DNA of 64,000 nt from NCBI GenBank assembly GCA_038851075.1, contig JAWCLG010000003.1, positions 1 to 64,000 of the forward strand, read 5' to 3'. The position numbers were made by a program, and so were the translations under genes. This stretch comes from Candidatus Hadarchaeales archaeon (GTDB lineage: Archaea > Hadarchaeota > Hadarchaeia > Hadarchaeales > Hadarchaeaceae). Below, piece after piece: positions 30,129 through 42,805 of the stretch. The notes beneath the pieces were generated by a model that searched no databases, had not been told where the DNA came from, and saw only the letters and a list, made by a program, of their open reading frames with translations. The first letter of the stretch is position 1; every line of letters starts with the position of its first letter.

Positions 30129-30851
30129 GTGCCGCGGTTGATCGTCATACCAAGCGTGGATCTGATGCGTGGCCAGTGCGTGCAGCTGGTCGGGGGAAAA
30201 CCCGGAACGGGAAAAGAGTACGGTGACCCCATGGAGATATCCAGAAAATGGATCTCTCAAGGGGCAACCTGCCTGCACCTGATCGACCTCGACGCGGCAA
30301 TCGGGACCGGAGACAACACTGAAAAAATCCTCAGGATAATCGGAGAGACGAACGTGGAAACCGAGGTGGGCGGTGGAATAAGAAGTCTGGAAAGGGCAAA
30401 AGAGCTGATCGACGGCGGAGCTGACAGAGTTATAATAGGAACGGCCGCTGTGGAAAACCCTGAACTTGTGGACAGACTGATAGAAAAGTTTGGAGGGGAG
30501 AGGGTCATGGTAGCACTCGACTCCAGATCGGGCAGAGTGATGTTAAGGGGATGGCAGAAAACTGCGGAGATGACTCCTCTCGAGCTCGGTCTGGAATTCG
30601 AGAGAAGGGGAGTCGGCTATTTTCTATACACAAACGTTGATGTCGAAGGCAGAATGAAAGGCGCTGCCCTTGATGAAGTCAGAAGGCTCACCCGGAAGAT
30701 AAAAACACCGATCTACGCGTCTGGGGGGATAGGGAGCCTCGATGATATAATCGGGCTGAAGCAGGCTGGGGCTGCAGGAGCTGTTGTGGGGATGGCGTTA
30801 TACGAGGGCAGGTTCAAGTTAAAAGATGCGATGAAGGTGGCCGGACAATGA
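30129..30851 (+). CDS. hisA: ProFAR isomerase
   Basis: IPSVDL..GQCVQL, LHLIDLD, VGGGIRS, ASGGI. Confidence 0.95.
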   Translation: MPRLIVIPSVDLMRGQCVQLVGGKPGTGKEYGDPMEISRKWISQGATCLHLIDLDAAIGTGDNTEKILRIIGETNVETEVGGGIRSLERAKELIDGGADRVIIGTAAVENPELVDRLIEKFGGERVMVALDSRSGRVMLRGWQKTAEMTPLELGLEFERRGVGYFLYTNVDVEGRMKGAALDEVRRLTRKIKTPIYASGGIGSLDDIIGLKQAGAAGAVVGMALYEGRFKLKDAMKVAGQ

Positions 30852-31420
30852 GAACTGCGGAGATAACTCGCAGGACCAAGGAAACTGATGTGAGGGTAAA
30901 AATAAACCTCGACGGGACGGGAAAAGTAAAAGCTGAAACCGGGATAAAATTCTTTGACCACCTGCTCGAGAGCATGTGCAAGCACGGACGCATTGACCTC
31001 GATGCGAGGGCAAGGGGTGATTTTCCACACCACACCGCCGAGGATACCATGATCGTTCTTGGGGAGGCAGTGAACAAGGCGCTGGGTAAAAAGAGGGGGA
31101 TCGCACGCATGGGGGACGCGATTGTACCCATGGACGACACACTTGTAATGGCCGCGGTGGACCTCAGCGGCAGAGCCTTTCCAGACATAAGGGCAAGCTT
31201 CTCAAAGAAGAAAATAGAGGACATGAGCTCCGATCTCATAATACATCTCCTGCAAACACTTGCGGTGAGCGGGAGGATGAACCTGCATGTCCAGGTGATG
31301 AGGGGCGATAACGACCACCACAAGGCGGAGGCTATTTTCAAGGCAGTCGGAGTGGCGCTGTCACGGGCTGTTGCGAGGACCAGAGGAAAGGGAGTACCCA
31401 GCACGAAGGGAGCAATATGA
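30848..31420 (+). CDS. hisB: Imidazoleglycerol-phosphate dehydratase
   Basis: RRTKETD, FFDHLL, HHTAED, PMDD, NDHHKAEA, PSTKG. Confidence 0.96.
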   Translation: MRTAEITRRTKETDVRVKINLDGTGKVKAETGIKFFDHLLESMCKHGRIDLDARARGDFPHHTAEDTMIVLGEAVNKALGKKRGIARMGDAIVPMDDTLVMAAVDLSGRAFPDIRASFSKKKIEDMSSDLIIHLLQTLAVSGRMNLHVQVMRGDNDHHKAEAIFKAVGVALSRAVARTRGKGVPSTKGAI

Positions 31421-32172
31421 AACCCAAGTTGATAATACCCTGTCTGGACACCCGAAACGGGAAGCTCGTGAAAGGCGTGCGCTTCATGGATGTCCGCGAT
31501 GTCGGCGATCCTCCTGAATTTGCGAGACGCTACGAGGAGCAGGGGGCGGACGAGCTGGTTCTTCTCGATATAACGGCAACACCAGAAAACAGAACGACGC
31601 TGCTGGACGTGGTGAGGAGGACTTCCAAGGTCATATCAGTACCGCTGACCGTTGGCGGAGGCATCAAAAGTGTTGCTGAGGCAAGAGCGGTACTTGAAGC
31701 CGGAGCGACCAGAGTTTCAGTGAATACTGCGGCGGTGAGGAGACCCGAGCTGCTCCGAGAGCTCTCCAGAGAATTCGGAAGCGAAAGCGTTACCTGCGCC
31801 ATAGACGGCAATAAAAAAGAAAATGCGGGCTGGGAGGTGTATGTAAACGGTGGAATGCAGCCCACGGGAATCGACATGATCGAGTGGGCAAAGCGCGTGG
31901 AGTCTCTTGGAGCAGGAGGAATTCTTTACACCGGAGTTCACACTGACGGCACTAGAAACGGATATGACATAGAAGGCACAAGAGCCATAGCCGAAGCGGT
32001 CAGCATCCCGGTCATCGCATCCGGCGGCGCTGGGAGTCTGGAGCACATATACAGGGTTCTGACAGATGGGAAGGCTGATGCCGCCTTAGCCGCAAGCATT
32101 TTTCACTTTGAGGTATATACTGTAAAAGAGGTGAAGGAATACCTGAGGGAGATGGGGGTAGCGGTGAGGTAG
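31417..32172 (+). CDS. hisF: Imidazole glycerol phosphate synthase, cyclase subunit
   Basis: IIPCLD, VKGV, GADELVLLDITA, ASGGAG, ALAASIFH. Confidence 0.96.
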   Translation: MKPKLIIPCLDTRNGKLVKGVRFMDVRDVGDPPEFARRYEEQGADELVLLDITATPENRTTLLDVVRRTSKVISVPLTVGGGIKSVAEARAVLEAGATRVSVNTAAVRRPELLRELSREFGSESVTCAIDGNKKENAGWEVYVNGGMQPTGIDMIEWAKRVESLGAGGILYTGVHTDGTRNGYDIEGTRAIAEAVSIPVIASGGAGSLEHIYRVLTDGKADAALAASIFHFEVYTVKEVKEYLREMGVAVR

Positions 32173-33492
32173 TTGGGTGCTTTTAAAACCGTGAGATTGA
32201 GCGAGTGCTCGGAGGATGACTGGAGGCTTCTCTCAAAGAGATCCGAACTCGAAATCGAACTGGCGATGCCACGCGTCAACAGAATAGTCGCGGATGTGAG
32301 ATGTAACGGTGACAGGGCACTGATCAAGTACGCCGCTCAGTTCGACAAGGTTAAGCTCACACCCGAAAAGCTCAAGGTCACGGATAAAGAGATAGAACGG
32401 GCATACACAGCAATCGATATAAAATTGATAAACGCGATCCGGAATTCGGCCGACGCGATCAGAAAGTTTCATGAAGAACAGCTGCCTGAAAAGTGGATAA
32501 AGAAAATGGGAAACGGAGTAAAGGCCGGACAGCTCGTGCGCCAGCTTGAAAGGGTTGGAGTCTATGCCCCAGGAGGACTGGCCAAGTACCCATCCAGCAT
32601 GCTGATGGCTGCGATACCTGCAAAAGTCGCAGGTGTCGAGGAGATCATAGCCTGCACTCCACCAAACAACGACGGAAACGTGGACGCCGCCGTTCTGGTT
32701 GCTGCCAAGGAAGCAGGGGTTGACGTTGTCTTCAAGGTTGGTGGAGCTCAAGCGATAGCTGCAATGGCTTACGGAACAAAAACCATACCTAAGGTCGACA
32801 AGATAGTCGGGCCCGGCAATATATATGTCAACGCGGCAAAGTATGCGGTTTCAAAAGATGTTGAGATAGACACGATCGCCGGGCCAAGCGAGGTGATGAT
32901 CATAGCAGACAGCACGGCCAGCGCCAATTACATCGTTGCAGACATGATCGCTCAGGCGGAGCACGATCCACAGGCCGCTGCCGTGCTCGTCACAACATCC
33001 GAGGAACTCGCGAAGAAGGTTGTGAAGATGCTGAAAGAGGCGATCGATAACACGGAGAGGTGGAAAATCGTCGAGAGATCTCTCATAAATAACGGGCTCG
33101 TGGCCATCGCACGAGACGTTGACGAGGCCATAAGGTTTGCAAACTGCTACGCTCCGGAGCATCTGGAACTCATGGTTAAAGATCCCTGGAGCGCGGTGGA
33201 CAAGGTGAAGAACGCCGGGAGCATCTTCATAGGCCACTATTCTCCTGTATCTGCAGGGGACTTTGGTGCCGGTCCGAACCACATTCTTCCGACCGGCGGT
33301 TCCGCGAGAAGAAGCTCAGGGCTGTCGGTTCTCGACTTTCTGAAATTCCCAACTGTTCAAGAACTGAGCAGGGACGCCCTGGTAAAGATGTCCGAGACAA
33401 TATATGCGTTTGCCGAGGCGGAAGGCCTCCCGGGACACGCTGAAAGTGTGAGGGAGAGACTGAGGGAAAGAAATGGGGTCAGAAATACTTGA
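32173..33492 (+). CDS. hisD: Histidinol dehydrogenase
   Basis: [42 protein letters not shown]. Confidence 0.96.
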   Translation: MGAFKTVRLSECSEDDWRLLSKRSELEIELAMPRVNRIVADVRCNGDRALIKYAAQFDKVKLTPEKLKVTDKEIERAYTAIDIKLINAIRNSADAIRKFHEEQLPEKWIKKMGNGVKAGQLVRQLERVGVYAPGGLAKYPSSMLMAAIPAKVAGVEEIIACTPPNNDGNVDAAVLVAAKEAGVDVVFKVGGAQAIAAMAYGTKTIPKVDKIVGPGNIYVNAAKYAVSKDVEIDTIAGPSEVMIIADSTASANYIVADMIAQAEHDPQAAAVLVTTSEELAKKVVKMLKEAIDNTERWKIVERSLINNGLVAIARDVDEAIRFANCYAPEHLELMVKDPWSAVDKVKNAGSIFIGHYSPVSAGDFGAGPNHILPTGGSARRSSGLSVLDFLKFPTVQELSRDALVKMSETIYAFAEAEGLPGHAESVRERLRERNGVRNT

Positions 33493-33778
33493 TGAAATAT
33501 TCGCCGTGATAATGGACAGGATAAAGAACCCGAGGCCGGACTCCTACGTATGCCGGGTTCTCTCGGAAGGCATGGCCGCAGATAAGGTCGAGGAAGAGTC
33601 CCGCGAGCTGCTTGAGGCGGCAGATGGCGGGGGAAAGGATGAGATAATCCACGAAGCCGCTGACCTGATATTTCACGTTATGGTCCTCCTTGCAAAGACC
33701 GGCGTTAGGCTGGACGAGGTAATGAAAGAACTGGAGAGGAGAAAGAAGAAAAATGAAGCTGAAAGAAGAAAACGCTGA
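33473..33778 (+). CDS. hisE: Phosphoribosyl-ATP pyrophosphatase
   Basis: DSY, KVEEE..E, HEAADLIFH. Confidence 0.92.
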   Translation: MGSEILDEIFAVIMDRIKNPRPDSYVCRVLSEGMAADKVEEESRELLEAADGGGKDEIIHEAADLIFHVMVLLAKTGVRLDEVMKELERRKKKNEAERRKR

Positions 33779-34163
33779 ATCGATAATGGGCGAACTGGAC
33801 TTCAAGAACGGACTCATCACTGCTGTGGTGAGGGACCACCGCTCGAAGGAGATTCTGATGGTGGCATTCCAGGACCGCGAAGCCGTGCGCATGACTCTGA
33901 CAACGGGACTCATGCACTACTGGAGCCGCTCCAGGAAAAAGCTGTGGCTAAAGGGGGAGGAATCAGGACACCACCAGAAACTGAAAACGCTCAAAGTCGA
34001 CTGCGACGGTGATGCCGTATTGTACGACGTGGAGCAGATCGGCGCCTCATGCCACAGGGGATACTTCTCATGCTTTTACAGGGGGGTGAAGAGGGGAAAA
34101 CTTGTAACGACCGCGAAAAAAAAGTTTGACCCAGATGAAGTATACAGCAAAAATAAAAGGTAG
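33753..34163 (+). CDS. hisI: Phosphoribosyl-AMP cyclohydrolase
   Basis: YWSRSR..LWLKGEESG, DCDGD, CHRG..SCF. Confidence 0.95.
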   Translation: MKLKEENAESIMGELDFKNGLITAVVRDHRSKEILMVAFQDREAVRMTLTTGLMHYWSRSRKKLWLKGEESGHHQKLKTLKVDCDGDAVLYDVEQIGASCHRGYFSCFYRGVKRGKLVTTAKKKFDPDEVYSKNKR

Positions 34164-34168
34164 ATCCG

Positions 34169-35020
34169 TTGAGTGCCGTCGAAGCGATTGAACTATCTTT
34201 CAGGAGAAGCCTTCCATCTATATCATCCGTCGTTCTCATATCAGCGCTGACAATGCTGCTTAGCACAGCATACTATATGACCGCAATAAGTCCGTCAGAT
34301 TTTTCCGAGCTCCCAAAAACTAGGGAGTACGAAAACATGGCCCGAGCTGTAACGCGCATGGATCCATGGACAAGGACGCAGCAGTACTGGGCGAACAACA
34401 TCACGGCGGGAGTGGCAGGTGGTATCGGCTCACTTGTCTACACAGGGTTGAACATAACCGTATCGACCAGCCATTTTACGGGGATAGCCGTTACATATGT
34501 CAGCCACAGATACGGAGGGGAAGCCGCGCTCGCATTTCTCGCGCAGATTTACCTTCATGGTCTCCTAGAACTGACTGGATTATACCTCATCGCTGCCGGT
34601 GGCCTGAGGCTGGCGTGGAACGTCTGGATTTTTGCCGCGGAGGCTACCTTAAAATATGGCTCCGGAAAGCCCCGCAAAAAAAATGAACCCCCGGCGCACA
34701 CCAAGCTCAGGACGCCACTGGTCGACTTTTTCGTGCTGTTTTTGCTCGGCATATTTATGATATTCCTCGCAGCTCCTATTGAAGCATATGTATCCTCTGA
34801 AGCCAGTATATTTTACGAGCAACCTGCCACAGCCATAGGGTTTCTGATTATGGTCGGAGCGATATATGGATCGATCGTAGCGCTTGGTCTAAAAGGTGTG
34901 AAAAACCAGACAGAGAAGACCGTGAGATATCTCAGGTCAAAAAAGTTTTCACCGGTTCATGTCGCCTTCGTAGTTCTGTTGATATTCTTTGGGCTTGGAA
35001 TTTTCAGGGTCATTAGTTAG
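34169..35020 (+). CDS. SpoIIM/DUF95-family membrane protein
   Basis: NN motif, HGLLEL, AAPIEAYVS, multiple TMs. Confidence 0.75.
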   Translation: MSAVEAIELSFRRSLPSISSVVLISALTMLLSTAYYMTAISPSDFSELPKTREYENMARAVTRMDPWTRTQQYWANNITAGVAGGIGSLVYTGLNITVSTSHFTGIAVTYVSHRYGGEAALAFLAQIYLHGLLELTGLYLIAAGGLRLAWNVWIFAAEATLKYGSGKPRKKNEPPAHTKLRTPLVDFFVLFLLGIFMIFLAAPIEAYVSSEASIFYEQPATAIGFLIMVGAIYGSIVALGLKGVKNQTEKTVRYLRSKKFSPVHVAFVVLLIFFGLGIFRVIS

Positions 35021-36073
35021 GCCAGCTCCGGTGACCCTGATCCTGCCACTTACCCCGATCTTTCCCTCAACGTCAAACTTCACCCCGATAACCGTTTCCA
35101 CCAACCGAATGTTTGTGAGCGTGTGCCTGGTGAGCTCAGAACACGTGACCTCAGAAGTTCCTTCTGCAATTGCCATGTAAGGCACAAGCTGATCTGCCAT
35201 ATATCTATCAATCGCACAACCCGTACCCAGAGCAGATACAAGTTCATCGGCGGCCTCCCTGCCAACTTTTTCAGATGGCTTTCCCGGAGCTCCAAGGGCG
35301 TTAGCTCCGAGCAGGCCCCCTCTTTCTGTTTCCGCCCAGAGCGTTATTCCGGCGCCCGGTCCTAGATGCACATCATCAAACTGAGGATGACTCTCACTCC
35401 TTATGCTTACGTTTGAATAACCTGCCTTGAGAAGAGCAATGCCGGCAGCGTGCGCGATTCTCCTGGAAACATCATCCGGGAGCCTGACGCTGTGAGACAA
35501 TCCTGAAATTCTGACAACGCGCCCGCGCTCCGTCATTTTCAGAGCTCTCAGCATCCTGACTGGCTCCATCTTGGCCGTGATAACTCCTCCACCTCTCGGG
35601 TAATGTCCCCTCCTCAGGCAACTGACCTCAACACGATAACCCATCCTTCCGATAATGGGAAGCATCACGTTCTTCACGTAATCCACGGGTGGAGCTCTCG
35701 GATTATCCGTACCGCCCCTGATTTCGACCTCCACAGATCTCTCGGCAAATGCGGAGGCGATCATCAGGACCTGTAATACCAGCGTGGTGCTCCCGGCGGT
35801 CCCTATATCAACACGATGTTTTCCTCCGCGTATCCGACCCGGCTCGAAAGTGAGCTCCGTCGAACCGAGCTCGGCTCCTCTCACCTTTGCTCCAGAAAGC
35901 GAGGCCAGAGCCTCCACTCCGCTGAGATGCTGGTGCTGGAGTCCTGGATTGTCCCTTTTCACCCTTATGTTGTATATTCTAACAGGTCTCCTAGAAACCG
36001 CGCTCAGGGCCGTTGCGACTCTCAGGACGGCACCGCCGCCCTCGCCCATTGAACCGTCGATCTCGATCATCAT
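34949..36073 (-). CDS. rtcA: RNA 3'-terminal phosphate cyclase
   Basis: IDGSMGEGGG, GLQHQH, GTAGS, GGTD, GHYPRGGG, ADQL, TRHTLTN (catalytic His). Confidence 0.94.
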   Translation of the reverse strand: MMIEIDGSMGEGGGAVLRVATALSAVSRRPVRIYNIRVKRDNPGLQHQHLSGVEALASLSGAKVRGAELGSTELTFEPGRIRGGKHRVDIGTAGSTTLVLQVLMIASAFAERSVEVEIRGGTDNPRAPPVDYVKNVMLPIIGRMGYRVEVSCLRRGHYPRGGGVITAKMEPVRMLRALKMTERGRVVRISGLSHSVRLPDDVSRRIAHAAGIALLKAGYSNVSIRSESHPQFDDVHLGPGAGITLWAETERGGLLGANALGAPGKPSEKVGREAADELVSALGTGCAIDRYMADQLVPYMAIAEGTSEVTCSELTRHTLTNIRLVETVIGVKFDVEGKIGVSGRIRVTGAGLTNDPENSKPKEYQQNYEGDMNR

Positions 36074-36119
36074 GAGAACCTACTCCACCGTAATATAAGA
36101 CGGATACAAATATTCAATC

Positions 36120-36449
36120 GTGAGGTTCCAGGATACTGTACTGAAGCTTGTCAGGAAGGTCCCGAGGGGAAAGGTAACAACATACGGAGAAATTGCAAAA
36201 GCGCTCGGCAAACGTGCCGCTTACAGAGCGGTCGGGAACGCTCTATCCGGGAACCCATCCCCGCTGAAGATACCCTGCCATCGCGTGATACGCGGGGACG
36301 GCACGATAGGTGGCTACATCTTTGGCACTCACGCGAAGCAGAGGATGCTCGAGAAGGAAGGCATTGAGGTAACAGACGGCAGGGTGGATCTCAAAAAATA
36401 CATGTTCAGGTTCGATTCCCGAAAACAGCACAAACGCTACGTTCTGTAA
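36120..36449 (+). CDS. ogt: Methylated-DNA-protein-cysteine methyltransferase (C-terminal domain only)
   Basis: VPRGKVTTYGEIA, RAVG, IPCHRV with the active Cys. Confidence 0.88.
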   Translation: MRFQDTVLKLVRKVPRGKVTTYGEIAKALGKRAAYRAVGNALSGNPSPLKIPCHRVIRGDGTIGGYIFGTHAKQRMLEKEGIEVTDGRVDLKKYMFRFDSRKQHKRYVL

Positions 36450-36949
36450 AGCCTGATCCTTGCGGGAGCACCTAGTTTCTTCAGCACACTGACAACCGAG
36501 CTTGGCACAAAGTCCTCCCACGGCTTCCCCTCTGCCATATTTCTCCTGATCATTGCACCCTGATAGTCCCTGCGCTTGAAAAGCGGTTGGGCCCGCACCT
36601 CATACCCCTTTTCTTTGAAGAGTCTCTGCACCCAGGGATTTCCGGAGTAAACAACGGAAAATTTCGGCGTCAAAGATTCTACGTGGGCAACCCAGCGCCT
36701 GTCGTCATGTATGTCCGGAATTCTAACGATCTTCACCCTTGATCTGTCGATGCCTGCCTCCTTCAGCGCCGCCGCCAGCATTTTCTCACGCTCAGCTGCT
36801 GTGAACGGATTCTCAAAGGTTTTGCCCTCCTGCGAGCTGCCTATGCCTACTATAAGCTCGTCCACCTCCGAAAGAATGTATTTGAAGGCCTCCACGTGTC
36901 CGAGATGTACCGGCTGAAAACGTCCCACGAATATCCCTCTCCTTACCAT
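36437..36949 (-). CDS. nadM: Nicotinamide-nucleotide adenylyltransferase
   Basis: GRFQPVHLGH, GIGSSQ, NPFT..ER; start at MVRRG (36949). Confidence 0.93.
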   Translation of the reverse strand: MVRRGIFVGRFQPVHLGHVEAFKYILSEVDELIVGIGSSQEGKTFENPFTAAEREKMLAAALKEAGIDRSRVKIVRIPDIHDDRRWVAHVESLTPKFSVVYSGNPWVQRLFKEKGYEVRAQPLFKRRDYQGAMIRRNMAEGKPWEDFVPSSVVSVLKKLGAPARIRLYRT

Positions 36950-37072
36950 CCCAACCCCCCAGAGATTACTCATCGTCTGAAATTTAACGCTGCTTACACA
37001 GAGGTGGACAACCGTAAAAAATCGGGCTTGGTGCAAACATTTATATTATGACGCTTAATTTATTAGACCTAA

Positions 37073-38146
37073 ATGAAACTGTTCACAGCCGGACCGGTTG
37101 CCTGCAGGCCCGAGGTTCTTGAGGTTATGGGGCGGCAGATGTTCAGCCATCGAAGCAAGGAGTATAAAGAGATACACAAGCAGACCGTTGAACGTCTCGC
37201 AAAATTCGTTGAAACAAAAGGACAGGTGTTTCTTTTCCCGAGCACGAGCTCCGGTGCTATGGAGGCGTGCGTGAGGAACTGCGTTGAAAAGAAAATGCTC
37301 GCCTGCATAAACGGTGACTTTGGGAAGAGATTCGCCAAAATTGGAGAGACCAACGGAAGGATTGTGGAAAAACTGGAGAGCAAGCTTGGAGACCCGACCA
37401 TGCCTGAAGAGCTGGATGAAAAGCTCAAACAGGTGCCGGACGTCGAAGCGGTGTCCATCATATACAACGAGACAAGCATGGGGCTGATGAATTCCATCCC
37501 TGAGCTCGCAGAAGTGGTTAAAAAACACGGGAAACTGCTGTTCGTCGACGCCGTGAGCGCAATGGGTGGAGTCGATGTTAAAGTAGATGAGTGGGGCATC
37601 GATGTGTGCTTCGCGAGTTCCCAAAAGTGCTTCGGGATTCCTCCGGGTCTGACCATGGTTGCAGTTAGCGACAGGGCGATGAAGGTTTCTGAGGGAATGA
37701 AAAACAAGGGGTGGTACTTTGACTTTAAAGTGTTTGAAAAGTATCAAAAAGAGCAGAGCAGCACTCCGATGACATCGGTGATTCCGCAGGTCATGGCCCT
37801 GAACAAGGAACTGGAGATAATTGAAAATGAGGGCGGCAAGGAGAGGAGATTTGAGCTTTACAGAAACCGGATGAACAGAATAATAAACGGAATTAAAAAG
37901 CTGGGGCTTTCGCTTTACCCCAAAACAGGATACGAAAGCGTGACCATCGCCTGCGTCAACGCTCCTCAGAACATCAGCGGGCTCAAAATCTATGAGGAGA
38001 TGAGGAAGAAGGGATTTGAACTCGCGAAGGGATACGGCGATCTCAAGGAGAGGACATTCAGAATAGGGAACATGGGATACATAACAATGAAAGATATCGA
38101 TGAGATGCTCGCTGCTCTAGAAAACGTGCTGAAAACTAGCTCTTGA
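37073..38146 (+). CDS. Class V PLP aminotransferase (alanine-glyoxylate/serine-pyruvate family)
   Basis: [38 protein letters not shown]. Confidence 0.92.
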   Translation: MKLFTAGPVACRPEVLEVMGRQMFSHRSKEYKEIHKQTVERLAKFVETKGQVFLFPSTSSGAMEACVRNCVEKKMLACINGDFGKRFAKIGETNGRIVEKLESKLGDPTMPEELDEKLKQVPDVEAVSIIYNETSMGLMNSIPELAEVVKKHGKLLFVDAVSAMGGVDVKVDEWGIDVCFASSQKCFGIPPGLTMVAVSDRAMKVSEGMKNKGWYFDFKVFEKYQKEQSSTPMTSVIPQVMALNKELEIIENEGGKERRFELYRNRMNRIINGIKKLGLSLYPKTGYESVTIACVNAPQNISGLKIYEEMRKKGFELAKGYGDLKERTFRIGNMGYITMKDIDEMLAALENVLKTSS

Positions 38147-38444
38147 GCTCTATCTCTATCGCAACTTCTTCAGGGATTTGAACCCGCATAAGCTGACGCA
38201 GGGCTCGCTCATCTGCCTGCATGTCAATGAGTCGCTTGTGAACCCTGAGCTCCCACCTGTCCCAGGTTATTGTTCCTTCAGCATCCGGCGATTTTCTGGT
38301 GGTTACCAGTATGCGCTTTGTCGGCAATGGTACTGGTCCGGATATCTTAACGCCGATTCTCTGGGCTATTCCTGAGATCTGACCGCAGACCTCCGACAGC
38401 TTTTCAGGGTCCGTGCTTGCGAGTTTTATTCTTGCCTTCTGCAA
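38136..38444 (-). CDS. rpsJ: 30S ribosomal protein S10 (uS10)
   Basis: KARIKL, GPVPLPT, RKSP..EG, HKRLID; likely TTG start at 38444. Confidence 0.95.
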   Translation of the reverse strand: MQKARIKLASTDPEKLSEVCGQISGIAQRIGVKISGPVPLPTKRILVTTRKSPDAEGTITWDRWELRVHKRLIDMQADERALRQLMRVQIPEEVAIEIELKS

Positions 38445-38491
38445 ACTGCTCCCCTCTAACCCTAGTGAGCTGATGTGCATAAAAGAGTTGA

Positions 38492-39757
38492 TTATTTCTC
38501 TACCTTTACGAGGTCAACGCATACTCCGGCAGCGATTGTCATCCCCATGTCCCTGACGGCGAACCTGCTCAGCTGCGGTATCTCTGACGCCTTCTCGAGA
38601 ACCATTGGTTTGGTCGGAATAACTTTGACGGTCGCCATGTCACCCTTCTTTATATACTCGGGATTGGCCTGAGCGACCTCGCCCGTCTTCGGGTCGAGTT
38701 TCTGAGTTATCTCTGAAATGGTGCAGGCCACCTGCGCGGTGTGTGCATGGAATACCGGAGTGTAACCGGCAGCCACTGTGGTCGGGTGCTGCAGGACCGC
38801 TATTCTTGCGGTGAACTCTTTAACAACTGTCGGCGGGTTGTTCGGATGACCAACTACATCTCCGCGCTTTATCGCGGCCTTGTCCACACCTCTCACGTTG
38901 AACCCTATGTTGTCTCCTGGCTCCGCCTGCGGTATGGATTCGTGATGCATCTCAATTGACTTTACATCGCCTCCGACACCAGCCGGCTCGAAGACTATCT
39001 TATCTCCGACCTTCAGTATTCCAGTCTCGACTCTACCAACAGGGACTGTGCCAACACCCGTGATGGAGTAAACGTCCTGAACCGGGATCCTCAGCGGTTT
39101 GTCCGTTGGCTTTGGAGGAACGGTAAAGTTATCAAACGCAGCGTACAAAGTCGGTCCCTTATACCAAGGCATCTTGGAACTCGGCTTGGTCACATTCTCC
39201 CCGTGAAACGCCGCCACTGGGACGTACAGGAATTTGTCGGCATTTCTGTATCCAACCGCCTTGAGGAGATCCATGACCTCTGATTTTATCTTTTCGTAAA
39301 CCTCCTGCTTATAGTCAACAAGGTCCATCTTGTTTATTGCCACAATGAGCTGACCGACTCCAAGAGTGAACGCCAGCGCGGCGTGCTCCCTGGTCTGCGG
39401 CATTATTCCATCGTCGGCGGCCACCACGAGAACCGCAGCATCCGCCTGGCTCGCTCCGGTTATCATGTTCTTTACGAAATCCCTGTGCCCAGGAGCGTCG
39501 ATTATCGTGAAGTAATACTTTTCAGTTTCAAATTTTTTATGGGCCAGATCTATCGTCAGTCCCCTCTCCCGCTCCTCCTTCAAACCGTCCATGACCCAGG
39601 CGAACTTGAACGTCTTTCCTTTATCGCCCATCGCCTCAAACTTTTTAATTTCCTCTTCTTTAACAAGGCCCTTCTCATACAGGGTTCTGCCTGTAAGCGT
39701 GGACTTTCCATGATCCACGTGTCCTATCATCACCATGTTCAGGTGCGGTTTGGCCAT
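38492..39757 (-). CDS. tuf: Elongation factor 1-alpha
   Basis: [30 protein letters not shown]. Confidence 0.98.
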   Translation of the reverse strand: MAKPHLNMVMIGHVDHGKSTLTGRTLYEKGLVKEEEIKKFEAMGDKGKTFKFAWVMDGLKEERERGLTIDLAHKKFETEKYYFTIIDAPGHRDFVKNMITGASQADAAVLVVAADDGIMPQTREHAALAFTLGVGQLIVAINKMDLVDYKQEVYEKIKSEVMDLLKAVGYRNADKFLYVPVAAFHGENVTKPSSKMPWYKGPTLYAAFDNFTVPPKPTDKPLRIPVQDVYSITGVGTVPVGRVETGILKVGDKIVFEPAGVGGDVKSIEMHHESIPQAEPGDNIGFNVRGVDKAAIKRGDVVGHPNNPPTVVKEFTARIAVLQHPTTVAAGYTPVFHAHTAQVACTISEITQKLDPKTGEVAQANPEYIKKGDMATVKVIPTKPMVLEKASEIPQLSRFAVRDMGMTIAAGVCVDLVKVEK

Positions 39758-39824
39758 TTTTCACATCCTCCTTTTATCAGCCAATTCTCTTTTGCGCAAC
39801 CCTTTTAAAAACCTTTGGTCTTAT

Positions 39825-40430
39825 TCACCTAGCACCTTTTGCTATCCGTTCCACCTCTTCTTTTCTGGAAACAGCGTAACTCTTCGTGTCATTTCCGGCT
39901 GCCAGAATTATCTCCTCGGCCAAACATTCCTCTATTGAGTTCTTGCTCGAAAATGAGGAAGAAAACGCTCCAGCCGCTATGTTTTTCAACGCAATGTCGA
40001 GCCTTCTCTGAGGTGCCGAGTCGACTGCCAGATAGTATGTTATTCCGCCGTAGCTTATTCTCGTTGTTTCCTCACGCGGCGCGGCGTTCTGAACCGCATC
40101 CACCAGAACCTGCAGCGGATTCTTTTTGGTGCGCTCCGCTATCAACCTGAACGCTTTTTTCACTATATTGTACGCCCTGTGCTTTTTTCCGCAGGCACCG
40201 GCCCCCCTTATCACCTTGCCCCTTATTTTGCCGGTACCTGGACCGGACCGCATGAACTTCGCCATCAGGCGCTCAACTATCGTGGCCTTGGACTTTCCAA
40301 ACTGCTTGCTGGAATGCCTGCCTCCACCGTGCGGAACCATGGTCGGGTCCAAGCGGATGTACCCCTTGAGCCCAAGATCTCTGACCTCAACTCCGTCCGC
40401 ATCCCATTCTCCAAAATACTTGAAACCCAA
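39825..40430 (-). CDS. rpsG: 30S ribosomal protein S7 (uS7)
   Basis: IVERL, NPLQVLV.A..NAAPREE, VDSAPQRR. Confidence 0.96.
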   Translation of the reverse strand: MGFKYFGEWDADGVEVRDLGLKGYIRLDPTMVPHGGGRHSSKQFGKSKATIVERLMAKFMRSGPGTGKIRGKVIRGAGACGKKHRAYNIVKKAFRLIAERTKKNPLQVLVDAVQNAAPREETTRISYGGITYYLAVDSAPQRRLDIALKNIAAGAFSSSFSSKNSIEECLAEEIILAAGNDTKSYAVSRKEEVERIAKGAR

Positions 40431-40434
40431 ACTA

Positions 40435-40872
40435 TCACCTGGTCGGTTTTTCCTTCCTGCCCCTCACAAGTTCATTCAGCGAAACATTGTTAACCTTTAT
40501 CACCTTATAACGAACACCCGGGATATCGCCGTACGCACCACCCTTCGCCCCGCCTATACCCTCAATTACGACCTCATCGTGCTCGTCTATGAAACCTATC
40601 GCTCCATCGCCGGGTGCAAACGCTGTGACCTGGCGTCCGCTCTTCACAAGCTGAACCCTGACGCATTTCCTTATCGCGGAGTTCGGCTGCTTCGCCTCAA
40701 CGCCGACCTTCTCAAGCACTATCCCGCGGGCCTGCGGTGAACCCTCCAGAGGGTCCGCTTTCTCGTCTAGCCTCAGAACACGGCGCTTGTACTGTGCGCT
40801 CTTCCACCTGAACCCCTGTCGCTTGGACCGGACCTTTCTGGCCGCAAACTCACCTGCCGGCGATTTTCCCAA
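40435..40872 (-). CDS. rpsL: 30S ribosomal protein S12 (uS12)
   Basis: [27 protein letters not shown]. Confidence 0.97.
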   Translation of the reverse strand: MGKSPAGEFAARKVRSKRQGFRWKSAQYKRRVLRLDEKADPLEGSPQARGIVLEKVGVEAKQPNSAIRKCVRVQLVKSGRQVTAFAPGDGAIGFIDEHDEVVIEGIGGAKGGAYGDIPGVRYKVIKVNNVSLNELVRGRKEKPTR

Positions 40873-40911
40873 CTCATCACCCCAAACCTGTAATCACTAC
40901 TCCCTTAAAAC

Positions 40912-41343
40912 TCATACAAGTACCACATCTGAAAGGTCAAAGTATCTCTGCGCAAGCTTTTTTAACCCCTGAATCTTCCTGCCCTTTGTTCCTATCGCCA
41001 TGCCTCTGTCACTCTTATCCACGGCGACCCTCGCAATTTTTCTGCCGTCTTTCTCCTGAACGTTTATCTCAATTATCTTCGCCGGGCTGAGAAAACTTCT
41101 GAATAGGTCTTCCATGTTGTCCGAATGCTCGACCACGTAAACGCTCTTCCCGATGACATGCCTGGCCTTCTTTATCCTGTCGCCGTTCTTTCCAATAGCT
41201 AGCCCCAGATTCCCTCTCTTCACTACGAACAGAATGCACTTTCCATCGTCTGAGATAACGCAGTCGTGAAGCCTCGCCCCGGTTAGTCCCTCAAAAAGCG
41301 TTATGTATCTCATTTCCTCTGCTGTGAGTTTTATGCCGCTCAT
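40912..41343 (-). CDS. nusA: Archaeal NusA (two KH domains)
   Basis: GLAIGKNG and GMAIGTKG KH motifs; canonical position in the operon. Confidence 0.93.
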   Translation of the reverse strand: MSGIKLTAEEMRYITLFEGLTGARLHDCVISDDGKCILFVVKRGNLGLAIGKNGDRIKKARHVIGKSVYVVEHSDNMEDLFRSFLSPAKIIEINVQEKDGRKIARVAVDKSDRGMAIGTKGRKIQGLKKLAQRYFDLSDVVLV

Positions 41344-41349
41344 TGACCT

Positions 41350-42805
<1,456 letters not shown>

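Noticed and set aside
34949-35020. 72-bp convergent overlap of rtcA and the SpoIIM-like gene
   Set aside because: Short tail-to-tail overlaps recur in this compact genome (e.g. 17487-17506, 36437-36449, 38136-38146); no sign of special function.
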